Source: an uncultured Acidobacteriota bacterium (GTDB lineage: Bacteria > Acidobacteriota > Thermoanaerobaculia > UBA5066 > Gp7-AA6). From it: a DNA stretch of 64,000 nucleotides. The notes under the pieces are model-generated. The model was not told where the DNA came from. It saw nothing but the letters and a program-made list of their open reading frames with translations, and ran no database searches. Position numbers and translations under genes: made by a program. Every line of letters begins with the position of its first letter. Within the stretch, counting starts at the first letter, position 1. The DNA lies in NCBI GenBank assembly GCA_963739435.1, contig CAVUAN010000016.1, positions 129,309-193,308 of the forward strand. The letters run 5' to 3'. This document shows, piece after piece, positions 18,826-27,786 of the stretch.

Positions 18826-21021
18826 TTACTGCTGATGCGCCAGCATTTCGGCGAACCGGTCGCTCCCGGTGACGGGCAGAAGCTCGGTCAGCTCCTGGGC
18901 GTGTGCGAAATCCGCTTCGAAAAGTTCCCGCTTCATCTGGCCCACGAACGTCGGGTCCGCCGTCGCCACGTCGGTTTCGTCGTTCGTCCGTAGCGACAGC
19001 TTGTTGAAGTTGCAGGAGCCGAGGATGGCCCAGCCGTCGACGATCGCCGCCTTCGTGTGCATCATTCCCGGAAACGCGTAGACGCGTATTCCGTTCTGCA
19101 ACAGCCGGTTCGCCTTGACCTTGTTGTTGCTGTCCGATGTGTCCATGTCGGCCTGGGAGGGCATCACGACGCGCACGTCCACGCCGCGCCGCCGGGCCGC
19201 GATGAGGGCACGGATCACGGTGTCGTCGTAGATGTATGGGTTCGAGATCCACGCATACCGCCGGGAGCGGCCGAGCGCCTCGCACAGGTACCGAAGAACG
19301 ACCGGGTTGAGCGTCTTCGTGTAGATCGGGCGTATGTCGACGTAGTCCTCCCGCTCGGCCGGTCCTTCGTAAGCCTTGGGCTGGGCGAGGTAGGTGGCGG
19401 CGTAGGCCAGGTCTCCGAGGATGGACGCGTGGCTCCAGGCGAGCTCGAAGTCGCGTTCGAGCCAGCCGACGATCGGCCCCTCGAGCTCCGCCATCACGTC
19501 GTGCCACTCGTACCGGTACTCGAAGCCGGCGTTCATCCCCCCGACGTAGGCGTACTTTCGGTCGACGATGTACACCTTCGAATGGTCCCCCATCGTCACG
19601 GAGTTCAGGAAGTTGCGGACATGAACCCTCGAGCCGTCCCGTAGGTAGGGCTGGATGGCCCTTGGCGGCTTGAAGTCTTCGGGCTGCGGCGTCTGGGGAG
19701 ACACCATGCTCGCGTCGAGGGAGGTCACGCGGTCGATGACGACCCGGCTGTCAGGAATCTGCAGCGACCGCTGGCGCACCCTATCGGCAAGCTCCACGCC
19801 GAAGGAGTCGGTGTCCCAGATGCAGACCCGAAAGTGAAGGGACTGCTGGGCCTCGGCGATCCGGCGCTCGAGCAGGGGAAAAAAATTGGAACCGTCGACG
19901 ATGAGACGGATCGAGCCCCGGTAGCGCCGGGACCCCATCATCGAATCGAGCTTAGCCTCGAAGGCTGGCAGGTCCATCCCCGGCCCATCGGTCACGACGG
20001 GCGGGATTTCCGGGGCCGGCCATCTCCTCTTGCGCAGCATCACGCGGACGGTCTGCAGGCCGAAGTTGACGGCCCGGCCTACGAAGGAAACCGGGTTCTT
20101 GACGAACGCAAGGAGCTGGCCCTCGATGACGGCCGCCTCGACCATGCGCCAGGTCTTTCCCGAGGCGGCTGCCTCGCTCGCGACGTCGGCCGAGCCGGGC
20201 GACAGCGTGAAGGCCATGACGTTCTGATCGAGGTCGAAGACGAGGAAGGTCGGGGGCTTCCCCTCGCGCGCGTTGACGACGACGAACAAACCGTGGGAAT
20301 CGCCCTTTTCGCGCAGGGACTCCGCGATGACATCGAAGAGGATGCGGCCGAACTGCGTCAGGTCCATGCGGTGGCCGATGTGGACGTCCTTTGGCACCTC
20401 GGCGGCCGGAGCGATCTGCGCGCCGCCCGTAGCCTCGCGGTACGCTACGAATTCGCGGCTCCCGATGCCGACGAAGACTCCCTCGCCCGGGGCGCTGCCG
20501 GACAAGAGCTTTCCGGCCACTTTCGGGAGCAGGACCTGGAACTGCTCGGCCGAAACGACCGTCGCCTCGCGGACGGAAGCCTGCATCTGCTCGATTCCCT
20601 TGGGGACCTCCTCGACGAGCTCCAGTTGTGTCGTCCGAAATCTGACCTTCTGGCCCTCTTCGAGGACGTTGGCCTTCCAGCTGGCTTTGAAGACGGTCTT
20701 CTTGCCGTCTTCCGGAAAGAGCAGGATCAGGTGATTGTGGTAGACGAAGGCGCGCAGCGTGGGCCGGGGCGGCAGGGCCAGGAGCGCGCTCCGCGTGGCG
20801 GCGTCGCTGACGACGTGACTGCACCCGGCGGTGACGAAGATAGCGAGCAGGAGCCCGGCAGCACGCGCGGTTCTCTCGGTCTTCCGCCTCAAGTTTCGAC
20901 CTCCCGATCCACCCTGAGCCACAAGCGAAAGCCGAGCCCTTCGCAGCATCTGCGCGACGCCCGTCGGGACCCTTCGACGGGCTTCGGCCGTCTCATCCGA
21001 GACCACATTCTGCCATGGCAT
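18826..21021 (-). CDS. PLD-superfamily (two HKD motifs) lipoprotein with ~330-aa N-terminal domain of unknown function
   Basis: 731-aa ORF with lipobox ...LLLAIFVTAGCS. HKD motifs HSKVYIVDRKYAYVGGMN and HTKAAIVDGWAILGSCNFN. The start may be the internal Met at 20949 (MLRRARL...). Confidence 0.8.
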   Translation of the reverse strand: MPWQNVVSDETAEARRRVPTGVAQMLRRARLSLVAQGGSGGRNLRRKTERTARAAGLLLAIFVTAGCSHVVSDAATRSALLALPPRPTLRAFVYHNHLILLFPEDGKKTVFKASWKANVLEEGQKVRFRTTQLELVEEVPKGIEQMQASVREATVVSAEQFQVLLPKVAGKLLSGSAPGEGVFVGIGSREFVAYREATGGAQIAPAAEVPKDVHIGHRMDLTQFGRILFDVIAESLREKGDSHGLFVVVNAREGKPPTFLVFDLDQNVMAFTLSPGSADVASEAAASGKTWRMVEAAVIEGQLLAFVKNPVSFVGRAVNFGLQTVRVMLRKRRWPAPEIPPVVTDGPGMDLPAFEAKLDSMMGSRRYRGSIRLIVDGSNFFPLLERRIAEAQQSLHFRVCIWDTDSFGVELADRVRQRSLQIPDSRVVIDRVTSLDASMVSPQTPQPEDFKPPRAIQPYLRDGSRVHVRNFLNSVTMGDHSKVYIVDRKYAYVGGMNAGFEYRYEWHDVMAELEGPIVGWLERDFELAWSHASILGDLAYAATYLAQPKAYEGPAEREDYVDIRPIYTKTLNPVVLRYLCEALGRSRRYAWISNPYIYDDTVIRALIAARRRGVDVRVVMPSQADMDTSDSNNKVKANRLLQNGIRVYAFPGMMHTKAAIVDGWAILGSCNFNKLSLRTNDETDVATADPTFVGQMKRELFEADFAHAQELTELLPVTGSDRFAEMLAHQQ

Positions 21022-21073
21022 CTGCAGGTTCGCCGGGTCGCGCGCGTCACGGCCGGCTGATCGGCGCCCCTTC

Positions 21074-24000
21074 TCACTGCGAGGGGGGATCGATGACCTG
21101 GACGGGCAGCTTCACCGTCCTCGTCAGGATGTTGACCAGCCCCTGCCCGACATCCTTCGCAGGAGAGACGCGGACCTTCGGGTCGTCGAGGTTCCCCGTC
21201 ACCTTCACCGCGACCGAGAGGAAATTCCCCCCGAGAATCTTCCGGAGGACCGGGATCGCCTGGGTGATCTTGTCCATCGTTGAGAAAGGATGCGCGAGAA
21301 CCATGACATCCAGGGATTTGTCCAGGTAGTCAAGGGCCCCGCTTCCAACCATCGTGAACGACGGCGACTTCAGGTCAGCCTCGCGAATCGAAATCCCGCC
21401 ATTCTCTACCTGCCCTTCGACTGTGAATTCGTCGAACGGTATTGTCTCGCCGAGATGGTCCCGAGCCTTGCCCTTGAAGACCTCCGTCAGATTGACGGCC
21501 GCCAGAACCTTCGTCAGCACACTGGCCTTACCCATCCTTCCGTTCGAAGCCCGAAACGTGAGCGGGCCCTGTATCGCCCGGGGGAGCTCCGCCGCCTCCC
21601 CTTTCCCCTCGACCTGGAGGCTCGCTTCGTAAGGTCCCGTCATCCGGGCGTTCTCGAACCCGAGACAGGTCAGCGGGACATTGATGTCCGGGCCCATGGA
21701 AGCGACACGGGCCACACCGGACACTGCGCCGCCGGAGAGAAACCGAAGCTCGCCCGTCGTCGAGATGCCGCAGACTTCCGCCTTCCGAACCGTGGCAGTG
21801 ATCGACTCCTTCGCCAGCTCGATGTCGGCGAGAACCGGCCTCCATGCCAGATCTCGAAACGCGAAGGAGTCGATGGAGAGACGCAGGATGCCGCCAATCG
21901 GGAACGGGGGTGGCTCGCCCTTCTTCGTCCCTGCGGCCGCCTTTTTCGCCGAGTTCATCCGGTCGAGAACCTTCTCGACGCGCGCCCACGCGATCCCGCC
22001 CGTGGCGGCGTCCATATCGAGAACGATCCCCTCTTCCTGGAAGGTGACATCTCCCGTGAGCGAGAGATGCTGGTCGTCCAGAGCGAGGGAGGAGGAAGAC
22101 GCGGTGAGCCGGTTCCCCCCGGCTCGAACGTCGAGGGCCTCGATCGTGATTTCCCCGGCCGGAGTAGGAATCACGAGGTCCGCCGCCTTCAGCATTCCGC
22201 TCGCCGACGTCTTCCCGATGTGATCCCATGGCACGAGCGCATGGAATTCGCCCTCGATGCGGCCGTGCCTCCGGCTCTTTCTCGCGAACAGCTCCTCCAA
22301 GGTCGGGGAGGCCAGGCGGCCGTTGAAGCCGACTGCGAGCTCTTTCCTCCGAAGACCAAGAGAGATCGAGGCGTCGGAGAAGCTGTCGGCGATCGTGAGG
22401 CGGCGAACGTCCGTTCCCTCTCCGTCTTTGAGGACGTCGAGCTCCACGCGAGGGCCGTTCCGGAAGGTGAAGGTCCCGGCCAGGGTGAGCGTGTCTTCGG
22501 CGAGCCCGACGCGAACCTCTCGAAGGGTGATCGGCGCCGCCGGAAGGAATTCGGCGGGGAGCGACGCCTTCTCCCAGATCCAGCCGACGGCCTCCGGCCC
22601 CGTCACGCCATCCACCGCCGCTTCGGCCTTCCGAGGGCCCCGCCGGAGGCCGGCGAGGACGCCCGAGACCCGGAGGGCCGCGTCTCCCGTCCGCGCTTCG
22701 AGCCCCGTCACGCGGATCGTGTCCCCGTCAATCCGGAAACCTCCGGATTTCACCTCGAGCGTCTCGGGGAGGAATGACGTGGCGAGGACGAGATCCTTCA
22801 AGGACCCTGTCGCCTCGTATTGCCAGCCCGCCGGCCGTGAGATCGGCCCGGAAAGCTCGCTGACGGACAGCCCGATGGAGCCCCGCAGCCCGGTGACCTC
22901 CGTTTGAAGCGCCTCCATCCCCTTCCGGGAGGCCAGCCACGGGAACAACTCGTCCAGCGTCAGTTGGATCGTTCCGGAGACCTTTTCGAAGAGAGGAGCG
23001 TTTCCGAGTCGCACACGTGCCACCAGGCCGGAGAGCGTCGAGCCTCCGATGTTCCCGGAGAGCTCGCTCACCCCGACTCGATTTCCGTCGTAGAAGAAGG
23101 TCCCTTGCCGGATACGGATTGGCCAGGGAATCCCACGGTAGCGCCCGGAAAGTTGCATCTCGGACACGGACACTTTCGTCTCCAGCGCTCCCGCCCGGTC
23201 CCCGATCGTGATCCGGGCCGTCGCGATCCCGGCGAGGTCCTCCACGAGGGAAAGCTTCTCGTGGAAGGAGCGGCCACGCACCGCCCGGGAGAGGATTCCG
23301 GGGAGCTCCGCGAGATCCGTCCGCACCGTGGCCACGACCTGAAGGGTGTCGTCGTTCGCCCCGAGCCCGATCCGGACGCTTCCATCGGACACCCGCGATC
23401 TTCCGAGGCGTGCCGTAACGTGCACCGCTGAAAGGACTCCTTTTTCGACGGCGACCTCTCCCTGCGCCTCCCGGAGGTCGAGGCCCACGCTCCCGATGCG
23501 CACGTTTCCGTCGGCGAGAACCGCCTGGATCGACATCCGTTCGAAGATCCCCAGATCCCCCGGCGTCTTTCCTCCGGCGGCAAAGGAGAAAGAGGACAAC
23601 GTGCCGCCCTGGAAGATCGCGAAGATCGCAGCGATGGTGGGGTCGTCCCCGGCGAAGGAGAGAAGCCTCCCGCGCAGCGCTGTCACGTCGAGGCCGCTGC
23701 CGCGGGCGGTCACGTCGGCCCGCGGGCCCGCGCTGCTGACGGAGAGTGCGACCTCCGCGAGAAACCGGGGAGACTCCGTGGAAAGGCGCGAGAGAGTGAC
23801 CACCGTCTTCCCGGCCCCGGCCTCCAGCGCGCCTTCGACCCTCAGGCCGCCCACCTCGAGGACCTCCCGGTCGGTCCGCCGGAGGGAGAGGGACGAAGCG
23901 GAGACCCGCAGGTCCGCGTGGAGCGTGCGGGGGCCGGTCGGCGGGACCGTGACGCTCGCATCGAGGCCGCTCAGGACGGCGAGATTCATCCCGTTGCGGG

Positions 24001-24498
24001 AAGTCGCCAGCCGCCCTCCGCGGATCTCGACGGCCAGACCGGATGCCTCCGAGGCGAGAGATGCGAGGAACGGCGTGAGGCTCTGCAGCGGATCCGGACG
24101 AGAAGCCGGTTTCTGCTCCTTGACAGCCTCGAGAGCGTCGATCGTCAGGTCCGGTCCGTCCACCCGGACTGCCGAGAGCCGGAACCGGCCTCGAAGAAAC
24201 GAAAGGAGTGCGGGAGAGATACCCACGGACCGGACAGTGCCATGGACCTTTCTCGGGCCGGACAGCTCAATCTTGTGAATCACGAGCTTCGAGGTGCGGG
24301 AGGAGCGAGAGATCGATTCGTCCGACCTGTCACCTCGCCGCCGAGGGCCGAGGAGGCGGCGGACTCGATCCGCTTCCGGACCGGCGCCAGGTTGATCCAG
24401 CGGGGGGCGAGAACCAGGGCGAGGACGCCAAGGAGGCCGACGGCGCCCACGACGCTTGCGATCGTCGTTACGAACTTCCGGCGCCTCGTCATCGGCAT
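21074..24498 (-). pseudogene. AsmA-family / YhdP-like giant envelope protein, two frameshifts near the 5' end
   Basis: The N-terminal TM anchor ORF (24498-24280: MPMTRRRKFVTTIASVVGAVGLLGVLALVLAPRWINLAPVRKRIESAASSALGGEVT) continues as VGRIDLSLLPHLEARD in a second frame (~24328-24285). It then enters the 1069-aa ORF (VIHKIELSGPRKVHGT...). The C-terminus ...GNLDDPKVRVSPAKD is typical of AsmA-like proteins. Confidence 0.75.
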
Positions 24499-24520
24499 CG
24501 TCGTGGCGAGGCTCCTAGAG

Positions 24521-25675
24521 TCAGCCCGCCGCCGGCTCCCCCACGTCTCCGGAATCGATCCACGCGTCGAGAAGCGTGTGGGCCACGGCGAGAACGACGG
24601 GACCCACGAAGATCCCGATGAGACCGAACGATACGAGGCCGCCGATCACGCCCGCGAAGATCAGGAGGAGCGGGAGATCGGCGCCTTTCTTGATGAGAAT
24701 CGGCCGGATGACGTTGTCGAGCGTGATGAGCGGGATCGTCCAGACGAGAAGGAACGTCCCCCATCCCGCCTGGCCGCTTCCGTAGAGCCACAGGATCGCG
24801 GGCAGGAGGACAAGGATCGGGCCCACCTGCGCGATGCACAGGATGAGCGCGACGACCGTCAGCACACCGGCGAACGGGACGCCCGCGATCGCGAGGCCGA
24901 TGCCCCCGAGCACCGACTGGCCGACCGCGGTGAGGACGACGCCCAGAGCGACGCCGCGGATCGACTGACCCGCGAGGACGACCGCGTTGTCCCCGCGGTC
25001 CCCCGCCAGCCGCCGCGCGAAAAGTCGCAGCCGCTCCGCGGCCGAGTCGCCAAGCTGGTAGAGGACGGCGGCGATGATCACCGTCATGAGAAGGTGGAAG
25101 AAGAGCGCGCCGACGCTCCCGAGAGTGCCGACAAACCAGTCCAGAGCCCGACGCGCGTAGGGCGCAGCCTTCTCCGCGAGGTCGCGCACGGCCGCGCCCG
25201 CGTAGCCCCGCCACGCGGCGTCCGCGTGCTGACCGACGATGGGAATCTTCGCGACCCAGGAGGGAGGGGGCGGAATTTCGGCGGTCCTCAGCTGGTCGAC
25301 CTTCAAAGCGATCGCGTCCCGGCTCTCGAGCAGCGTTCTGAGCCCCGCGAGGAAGGGCACGACGACGACGAGGAGAAGCGCGAGCGTGAGGACGGCCGTC
25401 GCCAGACCCCTTCGTCCCCCGAAGAGCTTCTGGAGCTTGAGGAGCACGGGCCACGTCGCGACAACGATCGTCGTCGCCCAGACGAGCGCCGCCGCGAACG
25501 GCGCGAGGATCCAGAGCACGGCTGCGATTAGGCCGCAGATGATCAGGATCGCGAAGACGATCTGCGGAAGGTCTGGCCGGCGGTCGTTCATGGACGTTTC
25601 TTTCGCGCGAACAGGCGGTCGCTCCGGCGCAGGAGGCGAGGACTCGAGCGTTTTGCCCTGACCTGCATGCGTCAT
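24521..25675 (-). CDS. AI-2E family transporter (PerM/TqsA/UPF0118)
   Basis: Multi-TM protein with ...LITLDNVIRPILIKKGADLPLLLIFAGVIGGLVSFGLIGIFVGPVVLAV. ATG 25675 is preceded by GGAGGAG with a 5-nt spacer, both supplied by repeat copy B. The native start is probably ATG 25591 (MNDRRPDLPQIVFAILII). Confidence 0.8.
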   Translation of the reverse strand: MTHAGQGKTLESSPPAPERPPVRAKETSMNDRRPDLPQIVFAILIICGLIAAVLWILAPFAAALVWATTIVVATWPVLLKLQKLFGGRRGLATAVLTLALLLVVVVPFLAGLRTLLESRDAIALKVDQLRTAEIPPPPSWVAKIPIVGQHADAAWRGYAGAAVRDLAEKAAPYARRALDWFVGTLGSVGALFFHLLMTVIIAAVLYQLGDSAAERLRLFARRLAGDRGDNAVVLAGQSIRGVALGVVLTAVGQSVLGGIGLAIAGVPFAGVLTVVALILCIAQVGPILVLLPAILWLYGSGQAGWGTFLLVWTIPLITLDNVIRPILIKKGADLPLLLIFAGVIGGLVSFGLIGIFVGPVVLAVAHTLLDAWIDSGDVGEPAAG

Positions 25676-27057
25676 CGATGCTCCTCCTATCCCAGAAAAC
25701 ACGCGGAACCCGCTCGACGGATTGCAACGGCCCTGTGGTCCTGGACGCAGACTCTACTGCCTTCCGCAGTCGCCTGGCCACTAGACTTTGGTCCAGGGCG
25801 ATGGCTGCCTGATGGTGTATTTGCATCAGGAAGCGTGTCGCGATTGCATCAAGGATGGCGAGCTGGAAGGAGGATTCACGATGAAGAATTCCGGATTGTT
25901 GATGGTGGTCTGTGTCGCAATCGCCCTGTTGGTGGCGCCCATGGCTCTGTCCCAGGCCCCCCCGAAAGGCGAGGCGGTGGTGTCTTCGGTAAGTGCTACG
26001 GCGACGGTGACGAGTATCAACCAGAAGACGCGCGAGCTCACGCTCAAAGCGGACGACGGGCAGAAGTACAGCTTCGTCGCCGGCGAGGCGGTACAAAACC
26101 TCGGCCAGGTCAAGAAGGGTGACGTCGTCAAAGTCACTTACACAGAGGCCGTCGCCTACGAGATCAAGAAGGGCGGAAGCGCGGGCACCGGGGTGGCCGC
26201 GGGAGCGGCCGCTGCCCCGCTCGGCGCCAAGCCGGCGGGCGTCATCGGGGCGCAGGTTACCGTGACGGTCAAGGTCGCGGCCATCGACCCCAAGGTCCCC
26301 TCGATCACCTTTGCGTTGCCGTCGGGCGACACGCGGACGGTCAAGGTGAAGTACCCCGAGAAACTCCAGGGCGTGAACGTCGGCGACACGGTCGACATCA
26401 CGTACACCGAGGCGCTCGCGCTCAAGGTCGAACCAAAGCCGAAGAAGTAGGAGCTGCGGGCCCGGACCTCGGCAACAGTCGACTCTCAGGAGGAGTGAAA
26501 TGGAAAATGTCAGAGCGGCGGTAACCGACTGGGCTCAAGAAGTCAAGAAGAACGCCGGGTGGCTCGTGGCGCTCGGGGTGCTGACGGTGATTGCAGGCTT
26601 TCTGTCCATAGGCTCTCCCATTCTCGGTGGCGCCGCCGTCTCCGTTCTCATCGGAATCGCGATGGTGATCGGTGGCGTCGCGCGAACCGTCGGCGTCTTT
26701 CGCGCGGGGTCGTTCGGCCAGGGCGCCCTCGCGCTCATCGGCGGCATCTTCACGTTCGTCGCAGGCGTGGTTCTTGTGACAAGGCCAGAAGTCGGCATGG
26801 CGAGCCTGACCCTGCTGCTTGGAGCCTACCTGCTGGTGGACGGAATCTCCGGAACCTTCCTCGCCTTCCACGTGCGGCCGGAGAAGGGATGGGGCTCGAT
26901 GCTTTTCAGTGCCGCCCTGGGCGTACTTCTGGGAATCCTGCTGCTCCGGGAGTGGCCGCTCACCGGGCTGTGGGCCATCGGGACGCTCGTGGGGGTCAAC
27001 CTCTTGTTTGCCGGGTTCTCCATCATCTCGGTCGGCTCTGCGGCGCGGGGCCTGGCC
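25640..27057. repeat. Copy B of the ~1.4 kb diverged direct repeat (partner at 474-1893)
   Basis: Same order and orientation as copy A. Scattered substitutions plus a 1-nt difference in the A-run just after the first ATG. Confidence 0.85.
25881..26450 (+). CDS. Secreted two-repeat beta-rich protein (unknown function), copy B
   Basis: ATG 25881 lies 6 nt after GGAGGA: MKNSGLLMVVCVAIALLVAPMALSQAPPKGEA... Five substitutions relative to the mature copy A protein. The 220-aa track ORF starts further upstream, but that part lacks coding character. Confidence 0.7.
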   Translation: MKNSGLLMVVCVAIALLVAPMALSQAPPKGEAVVSSVSATATVTSINQKTRELTLKADDGQKYSFVAGEAVQNLGQVKKGDVVKVTYTEAVAYEIKKGGSAGTGVAAGAAAAPLGAKPAGVIGAQVTVTVKVAAIDPKVPSITFALPSGDTRTVKVKYPEKLQGVNVGDTVDITYTEALALKVEPKPKK

Positions 27058-27075
27058 GGACGAGTGACACGGTGA
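26500..27075 (+). CDS. hdeD: HdeD-family (DUF308) membrane protein, copy B
   Basis: 191 aa, near-identical to 1336-1908 until the last ~6 residues. ATG start after AGGAGGAG. Confidence 0.7.
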   Translation: MENVRAAVTDWAQEVKKNAGWLVALGVLTVIAGFLSIGSPILGGAAVSVLIGIAMVIGGVARTVGVFRAGSFGQGALALIGGIFTFVAGVVLVTRPEVGMASLTLLLGAYLLVDGISGTFLAFHVRPEKGWGSMLFSAALGVLLGILLLREWPLTGLWAIGTLVGVNLLFAGFSIISVGSAARGLAGRVTR

Positions 27076-27186
27076 GGCAGCTGCAGCCCATGGCGAAATA
27101 GCCCGCGCGGCGATGCGAAGTGACCCTTTCACCGCGGGGAATCGCTCCACGGTGGTCGTCACGGTACTCAATAGAAGGAGGAAGTC

Positions 27187-27681
27187 ATGAAAGAGCCCGA
27201 AAAGCCCGAAACGATGATTTGCTACGCCGGCGTCTACACCAATGTCGAGGACGCGAAAAGCGACTTCGGCGTGATCAAGGCCGCGCACAAGGAGAGCTGG
27301 ATCGGCACATACGACTCGGCTCTCTTCGAGAAGAACACCGAGGGCAAGGTCAAGGTGCTCGACACCGACGCCACGCAGCGCGGCACGGGCGCCAGGATCG
27401 GAGCGATCGCCGGTGCCGTGCTGGGGCTCATCTTCCCGCCGTCGATCCTGGTTTCCGCAGGTGTGGGCGCCGCGGCCGGCGCCACTCTCGGTAACTTGAC
27501 GAAGGGCTTCAGCAAGGGCGACATCAAGGATGTCGCGGAGAACCTCAGGCCTGGAGAAGCGGGCATCCTCCTCGTCGCCAACGCAACCATTGACGTCGGT
27601 GCCCAGAAGCTGATGAAGAAAGCCAAGAAGGTGGCGACGCAGCGGATCGAAGCGCTCAAGTCCGAACTTGCCAACGCCTAG
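27187..27681 (+). CDS. DUF1269-type small membrane/stress protein
   Basis: 164 aa. N-terminal soluble domain (YAGVYTNVEDAKSDFGVIKAAH...), Gly-zipper hydrophobic segment (GARIGAIAGAVLGLIFPPSILVSAGVGAAAGATLG) and a C-terminal domain. SD AAGGAGGAAG lies upstream. Confidence 0.55.
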   Translation: MKEPEKPETMICYAGVYTNVEDAKSDFGVIKAAHKESWIGTYDSALFEKNTEGKVKVLDTDATQRGTGARIGAIAGAVLGLIFPPSILVSAGVGAAAGATLGNLTKGFSKGDIKDVAENLRPGEAGILLVANATIDVGAQKLMKKAKKVATQRIEALKSELANA

Positions 27682-27714
27682 ACACTCGTCCGCGCAGAGC
27701 GCGGTTCGGATGCG

Positions 27715-27740
27715 GAAGGCCGCCCGGCCGGGCGGCCTTC
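27715..27740 (+). terminator. GC-rich perfect hairpin downstream of the DUF1269 gene
   Basis: gaaggccgccc-ggcc-gggcggccttc: an 11-bp perfect stem with a 4-nt loop, 34 nt after the stop at 27681. No U-tract follows. Confidence 0.55.
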
Positions 27741-27786
27741 TGGCGATCCGCGTGTCTCGACGGCTGGGAAGCTACGAAGTGATCCC

